49,243 nt of DNA. Source: Candidatus Woesebacteria bacterium. GTDB taxonomy: Bacteria; Patescibacteriota; Microgenomatia; UBA8517; UBA10165. The notes beneath the pieces are model-generated. The model searched no databases, had not been told where the DNA came from, and worked only from the letters and a program-made list of their open reading frames with translations. Where the stretch lies: contig NZCP01000057.1 of NCBI GenBank assembly GCA_002686465.1, positions 1 to 49,243 of the forward strand. The letters run 5' to 3'. Position numbers and translations under genes: made by a program. Below, piece by piece: positions 39,269-47,791 of this stretch (position 1 is the stretch's first letter; every line of letters begins with the position of its first letter).

Positions 39269-40990
39269 TCAATTTGTACGCACAACATTAAACAATGTGC
39301 TTTTGACACCAATATAGCCCGGTGCACGCAAATTAAAGGCTTTTTTAAACTCTTCTCCTGATATTGAAGTCGACCCCTTATTTGTAGAGAAAGTGACCTG
39401 AATTGTTGAACCGTCGTTACCGTAAACAACAGATGCGGAAGAAACGTTTGTGTATCCGCCAATGGAGGCAAGTTCCGAGGATGAATATGGATTGCCTTGC
39501 CAACAACCAGTGTCGGTTGGCGAAACCCTTGATACGTCTCCACCTCCTTTGTAAAGAACGTGCCAGGCATTCAACACATCCGCCATCTCCGATGTTGTCA
39601 ACCAGGGATTCCCCATACCACAACTTTTACCCGAACGAGTTTTATACCAAGCTTTATAAAACCAGGGCGACTCGGAAACTTTCTCATAAGCTTGGTTTGG
39701 CCAATCACCATCTTTTGCATCTTTTATTCCATTCCAACCCCACTTAGAAAGTGTAAATCCTCCAGACGTCGAGGCATAATAAGTTTTTGCCGGACTTCCC
39801 CCTCGGGTTAAGACCCAACCACGAGTTTGCTGTACCGCCTCTTTCCACTTCCCACTTTTCAGCTGGGGTTTATAAACTTGGCAGGATTCTGTAGGACAAA
39901 TAGTTCCTTGTCCATTATTTGTAACAGCAAGAGCGTACGTTCTTGCGGCAACAGCTTGTGCCTTTAGAGCTTCAAACCCACCTTTGTCACCCCAAGATTC
40001 TGGAACCTCATAAATCCCCAAAAGATAGTTATCCTCAAAAGGTAGAGATCCGTAACCTGAGACATTTATACTCCCTGGGACAGAATATCCTTTATTAAGA
40101 TCTGCTCCTTGGTAGTAAGCAGAAAGAATAGATTCTGCATTCTGGCCTGACTTTGCCCTTCCATAAGCTCCAAATTGGCTCATACCTGCTCTGTGTGGAG
40201 CTCCAAAGGAAAAGACTGCAAAGCCGCCGAACCCAGGATCGCAATAGTTTGAAGATCCTGGGGGACCAGAACAAGGGTCAAGGGTTGGGGGAGTTTCTCC
40301 GATGGATGTCTGAAAACCACCGGCTTTCTGAGCAAGGAGTTGCTGTTGTTTTGCACTTAGGCTGCTTATATAAGACTCAACTTTCTCGACTTCGCCTGCA
40401 AGGAAAGTTGCACGCGAGTCAACCTCGGCTTGTACCCGTTTTAGTCCCGCACGGCTATTTTCCAAAGTCTTTTTGTCATCTTTCAGACCAATAATTTTTT
40501 CCGCTAAATCCTCAATTGTTCTTCTGTCCTCGGTTGCTGCTTGCTCGCGTAGCACCAACTCGCGTGTAAACTCAGTTGCTGATGCTGTCGAGAGAAAAAC
40601 CACAATAGGAGAATACTGCCGACTTCGTATATAAAATTCTCGGATTCGCTCCTCCAAAAGTTCTTGTTGAAGTACAAGGTCTTCCTCCCGCCCACGGATG
40701 TCAGCAGCAAGGGCGTTTGCTTGACGGGTCAAGTTAGCAATCTGGCCTTGAATAGATTTCAGCTGTTTCCTAAGACCCGAGAGCTCTTCTTGGTTCTGTT
40801 CATGCGCCGGTGTTAAGGCACTAACCTCGCGCTCAATTTCTGCAATACATGTATCAAGTTTATGAAAAGGGATCGAAGACGCAGCACATTCTCCGGAGAG
40901 TGCAGAAACGGGAGTAAGAGTAACAAGTAACAGGTAACAAGTAACAAGAACAAAAAATGGTTTTGACATTTGAGTTTTGAGTTTTGACAT
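39269..40990 (-). CDS. SpoIID/LytB-domain peptidoglycan-remodelling protein with an N-terminal coiled coil
   Basis: 573 aa. A signal peptide and a long coiled coil are followed by the SpoIID signature LKAQAVAARTYAL and YASTSGG. Confidence 0.75.
   Translation of the reverse strand: MSKLKTQMSKPFFVLVTCYLLLVTLTPVSALSGECAASSIPFHKLDTCIAEIEREVSALTPAHEQNQEELSGLRKQLKSIQGQIANLTRQANALAADIRGREEDLVLQQELLEERIREFYIRSRQYSPIVVFLSTASATEFTRELVLREQAATEDRRTIEDLAEKIIGLKDDKKTLENSRAGLKRVQAEVDSRATFLAGEVEKVESYISSLSAKQQQLLAQKAGGFQTSIGETPPTLDPCSGPPGSSNYCDPGFGGFAVFSFGAPHRAGMSQFGAYGRAKSGQNAESILSAYYQGADLNKGYSVPGSINVSGYGSLPFEDNYLLGIYEVPESWGDKGGFEALKAQAVAARTYALAVTNNGQGTICPTESCQVYKPQLKSGKWKEAVQQTRGWVLTRGGSPAKTYYASTSGGFTLSKWGWNGIKDAKDGDWPNQAYEKVSESPWFYKAWYKTRSGKSCGMGNPWLTTSEMADVLNAWHVLYKGGGDVSRVSPTDTGCWQGNPYSSSELASIGGYTNVSSASVVYGNDGSTIQVTFSTNKGSTSISGEEFKKAFNLRAPGYIGVKSTLFNVVRTN
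40923..40960. repeat. Heptamer array (minus-strand reading: ttgttac ttgttac ctgttac ttgttac) inside the signal-peptide codons of the SpoIID-like gene
   Basis: Read directly. It encodes FFVLVTCYLLLVTLT. Confidence 0.6.
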
Positions 40991-41060
40991 TTAATTAATT
41001 ATAGCAGTGTTGGCTCAACAGGTAGCGGGCCAGCAGAGAGTTATGTTAAACTCAGAGAAA

Positions 41061-42182
41061 ATGAAGAAGTTTTTATTATCGCTCTGTTCTATCCTCCTAG
41101 TAGGATTATTTCTCTTCCCACAAAAAGTAGGTGCGATTGACACCTGCGAGCAATTCTCGATGTCACCTTCTCCGCTAAAGGCCAGCGAGGATTTTGTAGA
41201 GTTTACAGTTGGTCCTGTTAAGGGGGAGCGGCTTGATGAGAGCCGGCGTTATGAAATCCGTGTTGACTTACACGCCAGCGTCACTGGTGCCTGCCGAGAC
41301 GTCAGAAGTGGCTTTCTTACTCCCAAGCCAGGCTCATCTACAATCTCGCACAAATTTGCAAAAGATGCGGGCCTTCTGAATACATGTAACCCGCACCTGT
41401 TTTTCCCAAACTACCGAAGAAGTGTATTTTTATGGGCGGAGGGTGCAGACGGCGCCAGGTGTGTCGCGCCATCTATATACCGCGCCGTTTCTGATTGCAA
41501 ACTTACTCTTGTAACAACAAAGCTGGACATAAATAGCCCAGTTACAATAAAAGGAGAGAAGCTTCCAAATATACGCGAGAACGGTGGTATGCTGCAAATC
41601 ACAGCAAGAGGATTTCGCCGAGACGTGCATGATATTAATATAAGCGCCGATGACCTCTCCTTCGAAGTAACAACTGGGCCACTGCCCTCCACAGGCGCAT
41701 ACCAAGTAGAACTGCGGGGCTACCAACTATCCTGGTTGCTCAGGCAGGACGACATTTTGGGATCTACAACTGAACCCACTCATTGCCCTGCACTTCCCTT
41801 TGGAGTGGGGACCGAAGAACAGCCAGTTGACAACACTCCAGGAGGAGATGGACCAACTGGCCCAATCACATTTTTTGGATTAGAGTACTGCGATACCAAT
41901 AAAACCCAGCTACGAACAGCTGTTGGTTGTATCCCATTCACTGGTGCCAACGAATTTGTTAAATGGTTTCTCGGATGGGCAATTGGAATTGCTAGCGGAA
42001 TTGCATTCTTGCTAATCATCTTCGCAGGGTTCAAAATAATGACTGCGTCCGGGAATCCTGAGAAACTACAAGATGGTCGAGAGCTTTTGATAGCGGCAAT
42101 TTCGGGATTGATACTTATAGTTTTCTCTGTATTCCTGTTAAAATTAATCGGGGTCACGATTTTCCAAATTCCGGGATTCTAA
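41061..42182 (+). CDS. Large pilin-domain protein: signal peptide, a roughly 290-aa Cys-containing ectodomain, and a C-terminal TrbC/VirB2-type pilin hairpin
   Basis: The start is taken at MKKFLLSLCSILLVGLFLF (the track ORF starts at a GTG at 41007). The C-terminus FAGFKIMTASGNPEKLQDGRELLIAAISGLILIVF is flanked by two TM helices. Confidence 0.55.
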   Translation: MKKFLLSLCSILLVGLFLFPQKVGAIDTCEQFSMSPSPLKASEDFVEFTVGPVKGERLDESRRYEIRVDLHASVTGACRDVRSGFLTPKPGSSTISHKFAKDAGLLNTCNPHLFFPNYRRSVFLWAEGADGARCVAPSIYRAVSDCKLTLVTTKLDINSPVTIKGEKLPNIRENGGMLQITARGFRRDVHDINISADDLSFEVTTGPLPSTGAYQVELRGYQLSWLLRQDDILGSTTEPTHCPALPFGVGTEEQPVDNTPGGDGPTGPITFFGLEYCDTNKTQLRTAVGCIPFTGANEFVKWFLGWAIGIASGIAFLLIIFAGFKIMTASGNPEKLQDGRELLIAAISGLILIVFSVFLLKLIGVTIFQIPGF

Positions 42183-42191
42183 AAACTACTA

Positions 42192-42827
42192 ATGAGAAGA
42201 GTAAAACTATCACTATTCACCCTACCCCTTGTCTATCTACTTGGCCTGATCGCTAGCGTGCTGGGGATATTCAATACTAATGTTTATGCAACACACCTTT
42301 ACCCAGAATGTGACCCTCATCAAATTCGAAGCCTTGAGCCAACTGCTACCGGGTTAATCGATCCGGACCATTGCCCTCCGATAAAGACTTGTTATGTTAA
42401 ATACCCAGCAGGCGATGATCTTACAGGGGCGGGACAAAACCTTTATAGTTGCTACTCTGTGATCATAGAACTACCTAGTCTAACCCCTAGTCCAGCAGCC
42501 CCCCGTACCCCTGGCGCAGTCGACTTCCCTACAATCGAGCAAGCCTTACCCGAGTTCAAATTTACAAACAGCTCCGTCAGCGATATTTTCAATGACATAA
42601 TCCCTTACCTTTTTGGTATCGCAGGGTTAATTCTCCTGCTTTATCTAATCTGGGGCGGGTTTGGATTGATGGTTTCCCGGGGAGATCCAAAAGCAGTTGA
42701 GGCGGCAAAAGAGAAAATTACGAGTGCGCTAATTGGATTTGTGATTATCTTTGTCGCCTTCTGGCTAGTACAGCTTTTAGGACTAATATTTGGAATAAGT
42801 CAGTTTGAAAGCGTATTTGGAAAGTAA
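42192..42827 (+). CDS. Pilin-domain protein with a roughly 110-aa Cys-containing ectodomain
   Basis: 211 aa with a signal peptide. The C-terminus is IWGGFGLMVSRGDPKAVEAAKEKITSALIGFVIIF, lying between two TM helices. Confidence 0.55.
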   Translation: MRRVKLSLFTLPLVYLLGLIASVLGIFNTNVYATHLYPECDPHQIRSLEPTATGLIDPDHCPPIKTCYVKYPAGDDLTGAGQNLYSCYSVIIELPSLTPSPAAPRTPGAVDFPTIEQALPEFKFTNSSVSDIFNDIIPYLFGIAGLILLLYLIWGGFGLMVSRGDPKAVEAAKEKITSALIGFVIIFVAFWLVQLLGLIFGISQFESVFGK

Positions 42828-42850
42828 CTTGTAACTTGTTAACTCGTGAC
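42822..42850. repeat. Heptamer array (aagtaac ttgtaac ttgttaac tcgtgac) spanning the pilin stop and the four-helix-bundle gene start
   Basis: Read directly. Inverted GTTAC words occur at 43226-43255, on the other side of the four-helix-bundle gene. Confidence 0.6.
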
Positions 42851-43220
42851 CGGTAAACTAAAAGAAGGCATTCCTGGTTATCAAAAATTAATTGCTTGGG
42901 AAAAGGCAGACTTACTCGCAAAAGCGATCTACAAAACAGCCCCACTGTTCCCAAAACACGAACTATATGGATTAACTTCTCAATTACGACGTGCGACACT
43001 GTCTGTGGTCCTTAATATCATCGAGGGCCATGCTCGTCAAAACAGAAACGAGTTTCGTCAATTCCTGAAGATAGCATATAGTTCATTGGCAGAAACCGAA
43101 TACTTGCTGGATTTCGCTAGAGAACAAAACTATCTTACAGCTAGTAAGTTTGAAGAACTTGAAAGCCTAAGAAAAGACTGTGGACAAGTACTCTGGAGGC
43201 TTTTAAAGTCACAACTCTAA
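42846..43220 (+). CDS. Four-helix-bundle protein (23S rRNA intervening-sequence protein / Avd-like family)
   Basis: 124 aa with a GTG start. YQKLIAWEKA..LAKAIY......FPK.ELYGLTSQLRRA..SV..NI.EG is the family pattern. Confidence 0.75.
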   Translation: MTGKLKEGIPGYQKLIAWEKADLLAKAIYKTAPLFPKHELYGLTSQLRRATLSVVLNIIEGHARQNRNEFRQFLKIAYSSLAETEYLLDFAREQNYLTASKFEELESLRKDCGQVLWRLLKSQL

Positions 43221-43996
43221 CGAGTTACTACGCTACGAGCCTTCGATGTTACTTTGCCGACATAGTCGGCAATTCTTCCTCCACCAAACCTTCTTGTGCG
43301 TTTGGAATAATTCTCAAGGATTTTGTCAAATTTGCTTGGTGAAAAATCAGGCCAGAGGGTTTTTGTAAAATAAAGCTCCGAGTAAATAGTCTGCCAAGGA
43401 AAATACCCAGAGAGACGAAGATTACCTCCCGTTCTTATTACCAAATCTGGGTCTGGCATCCCTGCAGTATCCAGAAGACCAGCAAACTCCTTCTCTGTAA
43501 CAGATGCCTTAAGTGAGCGTTTATGTGCTCTAATTTTTTGAATAAGTCTAGATACTGCCCGAAGTATCTCTTCTCTTCCTCCGTAATTTATAGCAAATGA
43601 GACTGTTATTTTCCCATTATCCTTTGTACGTCGAACAGTAGATTTCGTTAGTTTTGCAATATCACGCGGAAACCAGTTAATGTCTCCCACTATCTGAATC
43701 TTGACTCCTAGCTTTTCTAGCTCAAAAAGGTTGGTTTTTAGAGCTTCCCGAAAAATATTAAAAAGCCCTCTGAGTTCTGCTTTGTCTCTACTTCTGTTTT
43801 CTGAGGAAAATGCCCAAAAAGTCAGATATTCAACACCTCTTTTTATGGCCCTTTTAACAATGGGTTTGATTGTTTTTTCTGCACCAATCCTATGCCCGTC
43901 AACTGGGCCCAACGACCTTTTCGCCGCCCAACGTCTATTCCCATCCATAATAATGGCAATATGTTTTGGAGAATTCCCGTTCATTTTAGGAGCCAT
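43217..43996 (-). CDS. uppS: Undecaprenyl-diphosphate synthase (isoprenyl transferase)
   Basis: 259 aa, with HIAIIMDGNRRWA, FSSENRSR and RTGG..RLSGYFPWQ. Confidence 0.9.
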   Translation of the reverse strand: MAPKMNGNSPKHIAIIMDGNRRWAAKRSLGPVDGHRIGAEKTIKPIVKRAIKRGVEYLTFWAFSSENRSRDKAELRGLFNIFREALKTNLFELEKLGVKIQIVGDINWFPRDIAKLTKSTVRRTKDNGKITVSFAINYGGREEILRAVSRLIQKIRAHKRSLKASVTEKEFAGLLDTAGMPDPDLVIRTGGNLRLSGYFPWQTIYSELYFTKTLWPDFSPSKFDKILENYSKRTRRFGGGRIADYVGKVTSKARSVVTR

Positions 43997-44092
43997 AAAA
44001 CTTAATCCCGAGTGTGGAATTTTATCATAACCAGCGTTGTAGCTGCAAGAAATTTGCGAAGGAGGGAGTAGTCTTGATACACTAACCTATAT

Positions 44093-44434
44093 ATGTTCCT
44101 GTACGTTGTTACCCATGTCTACGCCGAAGTTGATATTGAAGATAAGTTCGGTGCACCTTTTGCAGAAGTGAAGGATGTAGGAACACTCGTGTCAATAGTT
44201 GTTTCCAACTTATATATCCTGGCCGGTGTAATTCTTCTCATTGTATTAATTTTCGGGGGGTTTAGCATAATCGCCGGTAGCGGACAGAATAACCCTGAGC
44301 AGGCAGCACAAGGAAAAAAGGCGGCGACAATGGCAGCTGTTGGCTTCTTGATAATCTTTGCCTCATATTGGATAATCAAAATAATCGAATTGCTAACAGG
44401 ATTCAAAATCTTAGAAGGTAAACTAAACCCGTAA
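44093..44434 (+). CDS. TrbC/VirB2-type T4SS pilin-like protein
   Basis: 113 aa. FGGFSIIAGSGQNNPEQAAQGKKAATMAAVGFLIIF lies between two TM helices. The N-terminal signal segment is unusually short (MFLYVVTHVYA). Confidence 0.55.
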   Translation: MFLYVVTHVYAEVDIEDKFGAPFAEVKDVGTLVSIVVSNLYILAGVILLIVLIFGGFSIIAGSGQNNPEQAAQGKKAATMAAVGFLIIFASYWIIKIIELLTGFKILEGKLNP

Positions 44435-44784
44435 TGGAAAATCTCTTGGCGCAAAACCCATTTGGCGCAGTTTCCCCTCCTCCAGGAGTTGAGGCACACG
44501 GCGGTGGTCCTGGCGGAATAATTAACCTTCTCAACGTTGTACTACGACTTCTCATTGCAATTGGAGGAATTTATGCGTTAGTAAATATCATCATTGCAGG
44601 ATATCAATTTATATCCGCAGGTGGAGATCCAAAAAATATCGAAAACGCCTGGGGGAAAATCTGGCAAAGTCTTTTGGGATTACTTATCATTGCCGCATCA
44701 TTTATAATCGCAGCAGTGATTAGCCAACTCATATTTGGTAAAGCAGACGCGATTCTTAATCCACAAGTCTACACACCAAAATGA
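44434..44784 (+). CDS. TrbC/VirB2-type T4SS pilin-like protein
   Basis: 116 aa, with IAGYQFISAGGDPKNIENAWGKIWQSLLGLLIIA. It has a TAATG overlap with the previous gene. Confidence 0.6.
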   Translation: MENLLAQNPFGAVSPPPGVEAHGGGPGGIINLLNVVLRLLIAIGGIYALVNIIIAGYQFISAGGDPKNIENAWGKIWQSLLGLLIIAASFIIAAVISQLIFGKADAILNPQVYTPK

Positions 44785-45161
44785 TCTCATTTATTGCACA
44801 AAACCCAACACCACTTTCTGCAACACCAATCAGCGGTATTGGTCCCTTAGGCGGTGTAGATCCAAGTCGGGCCCCTGAAATTTTCGCAGGCACTATCTCA
44901 AGAATCATCGGAGTATTAACAGTGGTTGCCATCCTTTGGTTTGTTTTCCAAATCATAATTGGCGCCTACGGGTGGATTAGCGCCGGAGGAGATGCAAAAA
45001 GCGTTGAGGCAGCCCGAAGTCGAATTACAAATGCAGTTATTGGTCTAATAGTTGTTTTCGTCGCTCTAATATTTGTTTCGGTTATTGGGTTTTTGCTGGG
45101 AATAGGCAATATTCTCGATATCGGCACATTCATCAATAATTTAACACCTGGAACAAACTAG
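44781..45161 (+). CDS. TrbC/VirB2-type T4SS pilin-like protein
   Basis: 126 aa, with IGAYGWISAGGDAKSVEAARSRITNAVIGLIVVF. It has an ATGA overlap with the previous gene. Confidence 0.6.
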   Translation: MISFIAQNPTPLSATPISGIGPLGGVDPSRAPEIFAGTISRIIGVLTVVAILWFVFQIIIGAYGWISAGGDAKSVEAARSRITNAVIGLIVVFVALIFVSVIGFLLGIGNILDIGTFINNLTPGTN

Positions 45162-45165
45162 TCCT

Positions 45166-45678
45166 ATGAAACATTTATTTAAGACAATTCTTTTGGCAAG
45201 CTTCGTCCTTTTCGCAATGGCACTTGCTGCCCACCCTGCTTTTGCACAATCTGCGACCGAGGGAGAATGTATTACAGCAACACCTGGGTGCACTAAATGT
45301 GATGAGTCCTTTGGGAGATGGACTTGTGTTGAATGGGACTCTTCTGGGGGTACTCTAACCAACCCAATAGCGCCAAACTTAAGCCCGCAAACTGGACCAG
45401 AAGGAGTGCAATTGTTCAGCAGTTTGGTACAAACTCTTGTTAGCACCCTCATCGTGGTTGCTGCTGTTGTCTTTTTCTTCTTTTTCATGATTGGTGCTAT
45501 CCGCTGGATTGTGTCTGGAGGAGATAAAGCGCAAATAGAGTCTGCTCGCGGAACAATAGTCAATGCCCTAGTCGGTCTTGTTATTGCCTTCTCGCTTTTT
45601 GCGGTGCTTAAACTCCTGGAGACAATCTTTGGAATAGACTTACTAGAAATCAATCTTGGGCCACTAGTGGTGAAATAA
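45166..45678 (+). CDS. TrbC/VirB2-type T4SS pilin-like protein with a Cys-rich mature N-terminus
   Basis: 170 aa. The signal peptide ends AFAQS, followed by CITATPGCTKCDESFGRWTC and then IGAIRWIVSGGDKAQIESARGTIVNALVGLVIAF. Confidence 0.6.
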   Translation: MKHLFKTILLASFVLFAMALAAHPAFAQSATEGECITATPGCTKCDESFGRWTCVEWDSSGGTLTNPIAPNLSPQTGPEGVQLFSSLVQTLVSTLIVVAAVVFFFFFMIGAIRWIVSGGDKAQIESARGTIVNALVGLVIAFSLFAVLKLLETIFGIDLLEINLGPLVVK

Positions 45679-45755
45679 ACCTCCAAGGAAATCACTGCTT
45701 GACTTGACAACTGGTTTTGTGTGTATTATCGTTAAAGGGAGGTGATAGAAAATAA

Positions 45756-46169
45756 ATGAGAAAAGTTTTTAGTTCATTAGGAGCAAGTGCGATGGCTTTG
45801 GCCTCTTCGGCATTGCCTGTTTTTGGTGCGTCACCGACACCAGCTATCAAGCTACAAAAAGGCGGCGATATAAAGACCAACCCCCTTTTCAACCTTGAAG
45901 AACTCACAATAGCTGGCTTAGTCTCAGGACTCATACGTATAGCGGTCATTGCTGCTGCTGTTATCTTCTTTTTCTGGTTGATACTTGGAGGGATCAGATG
46001 GATTCTCTCTGGAGGAGACAAGACAAAGACAGAAGAAGCACGAGCGCAAATTACTGCAGCTCTAATCGGATTGGTTATAGTGTTCTCGGCTTGGGCAATT
46101 ACCCAACTTTTGAGAACTCTGTTCGGCTTCGATTTGTTCAATCTTTCTATTGCACAAATTGGAAATTAA
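45756..46169 (+). CDS. TrbC/VirB2-type T4SS pilin-like protein
   Basis: 137 aa with the strong SD GGGAGGTGA and a signal peptide. The pilin motif is LGGIRWILSGGDKTKTEEARAQITAALIGLVIVF. Confidence 0.6.
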   Translation: MRKVFSSLGASAMALASSALPVFGASPTPAIKLQKGGDIKTNPLFNLEELTIAGLVSGLIRIAVIAAAVIFFFWLILGGIRWILSGGDKTKTEEARAQITAALIGLVIVFSAWAITQLLRTLFGFDLFNLSIAQIGN

Positions 46170-46184
46170 TAGACCTCAAGGGAC

Positions 46185-46212
46185 TTGACCGGTTATAGCT
46201 TCTGAGTATACA
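46185..46212 (+). promoter_or_regulatory. Promoter TTGACC-16 nt-TATACA upstream of the last pilin gene
   Basis: The -10 ends 9 nt before the GTG at 46222. Confidence 0.35.
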
Positions 46213-46221
46213 CTTGAGATT

Positions 46222-46608
46222 GTGGGAACAATTTCAGCCCTCCGAAAGCTTGTTGGTGCATCCATAGGTAGTGGGTTGCTGATGCACTTGCTTACACGCT
46301 CAGCCTTTGCCCAAAGAGGGGTACAAGATGGTGTTGCCACGTTTGAATTTGCCGAAGTAGTTTTTGAAAATGTACTTTTAGTCATCTTTGCGTTTGCCGC
46401 AATAGTCCTTTTTATAATGTTCTTAATTGGCGGCTTCCGCTACCTCACATCAGGGGGCGACCCTAAAGCGGTAGAGGGAGCAAAAGGAACGCTCACGCAC
46501 GCAATTGCCGGACTCGTCGTTTTAGTTCTTGCCTTTATCATCCTTAAATTGATTGAAACAATAACAGGTGTTGATGTCACAACGTTCAAAGTAATACACA
46601 ACCCTTAA
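46222..46608 (+). CDS. TrbC/VirB2-type T4SS pilin-like protein
   Basis: 128 aa with a GTG start. The signal peptide ends SAFAQRG. The pilin motif is IGGFRYLTSGGDPKAVEGAKGTLTHAIAGLVVLV. Confidence 0.6.
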   Translation: MGTISALRKLVGASIGSGLLMHLLTRSAFAQRGVQDGVATFEFAEVVFENVLLVIFAFAAIVLFIMFLIGGFRYLTSGGDPKAVEGAKGTLTHAIAGLVVLVLAFIILKLIETITGVDVTTFKVIHNP

Positions 46609-46623
46609 GAAATTGGAAAGACT

Positions 46624-47715
46624 ATGTTTCTGCCCACCGCCCCATTTCGTATGTTAAATAATATTTTTCTCAAGCCTGGTTTACTTGTCGCCTGCTTGCC
46701 CGCTATAGCTTTAGCGGCGGCGGGGTACTTTTTGCTTTTGTTTCTCCCGTCTTCTGCACACGCAACAGTGGTAGACTTCTCCCCTTCTGCTATTCCTGGT
46801 GAGACAATTAAAATCGAGGCGAAGATTGGATCAAACCGTTCTATAGATGGAAAAATCGGTCCAAAGGACCTTGTCGCCCCGGATATATCCAAGCCTACAA
46901 AGGTCCTCCTTGATGAAGAAGTTTTTCAAAGACTCTTACCTTCCGGAAACTCATATACTCCTCCGGTTGATTCAGGAACTAAAATTGAGGGGCAGATCGC
47001 TCATGTTACTTGTGGAAAAACCAGAGGAGGGAGAACTTATCCGAGGATTGACCCAGAAACAGGATTGCAGGTCATAGATCCGATCACAGGAGAAGGTATA
47101 GAAGATCCAGCTCACGAAGAAGACGACAAAGCTAAGATAACTTCAAGTCCGGTCAAATTCGACGCGCCAAAAGATTGGGAAACAACCATCCTCGGAACTC
47201 GTGTCCTTCAGGCATTCTTTGTCCCTGGATACGGATCAGGTCTAACCCCCAGTGCCACCAATGAAACATTTTTCCCAAAAGTTCCCGACCGACTGAATGA
47301 TTGCCCAGAAGAAGCAGGTGGTGTACCGGCACCGTCAAAAGGAGTGGCCCATGAAGAGCCAAAGGCATTTGACCCGTTTGGAGATTTTGTTGGTGCAATC
47401 GAAAACCTTTTCGACGCGTTGTTTAGTCGCAAGGTTACAGTTGAAGCAAACATACAACAACTTAAGTATCTGCCTGGTGAAGAGGCGCTAGAAAGACAAA
47501 CGGTTGGAGATACTGGTTTCCTAAATGCCTTTTTCCCGTCTACTGTTCTAGGTGAAAGTGACACACAAAAAGAGGTGGTTGATTATCAGGTTTTGAACGA
47601 CGGTGACAGAAAAGTTGGGGTAAGCTACTCAGGAACAAAGGGGTTTTATGAAAAAACAGGCAAGCTTTTGGATTCCATGTACCCATCAACTTTCGATCCT
47701 GATATCGACTATTAG
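46624..47715 (+). CDS. Hypothetical membrane-anchored/secreted protein in the pilin cluster
   Basis: 363 aa with an N-terminal TM/signal segment (LLVACLPAIALAAAGYFLLLFL). No family was recognised. Confidence 0.5.
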   Translation: MFLPTAPFRMLNNIFLKPGLLVACLPAIALAAAGYFLLLFLPSSAHATVVDFSPSAIPGETIKIEAKIGSNRSIDGKIGPKDLVAPDISKPTKVLLDEEVFQRLLPSGNSYTPPVDSGTKIEGQIAHVTCGKTRGGRTYPRIDPETGLQVIDPITGEGIEDPAHEEDDKAKITSSPVKFDAPKDWETTILGTRVLQAFFVPGYGSGLTPSATNETFFPKVPDRLNDCPEEAGGVPAPSKGVAHEEPKAFDPFGDFVGAIENLFDALFSRKVTVEANIQQLKYLPGEEALERQTVGDTGFLNAFFPSTVLGESDTQKEVVDYQVLNDGDRKVGVSYSGTKGFYEKTGKLLDSMYPSTFDPDIDY

Positions 47716-47791
47716 AGTCTAGAGAGAAAAGCAAACGTGTTATAATCAAAGAAATTAAAAACTATTAACTAAACAGCCACAGAATATTCAA

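Noticed and set aside
42846-43220. The idea that the four-helix-bundle (Avd-like) gene marks a diversity-generating retroelement acting on the pilin genes.
   Set aside because: No reverse transcriptase ORF is present. I could find no template/variable repeat pair (near-identical roughly 100-nt segments differing at adenines) anywhere in the window. The idea stays open only if such parts lie outside the window.
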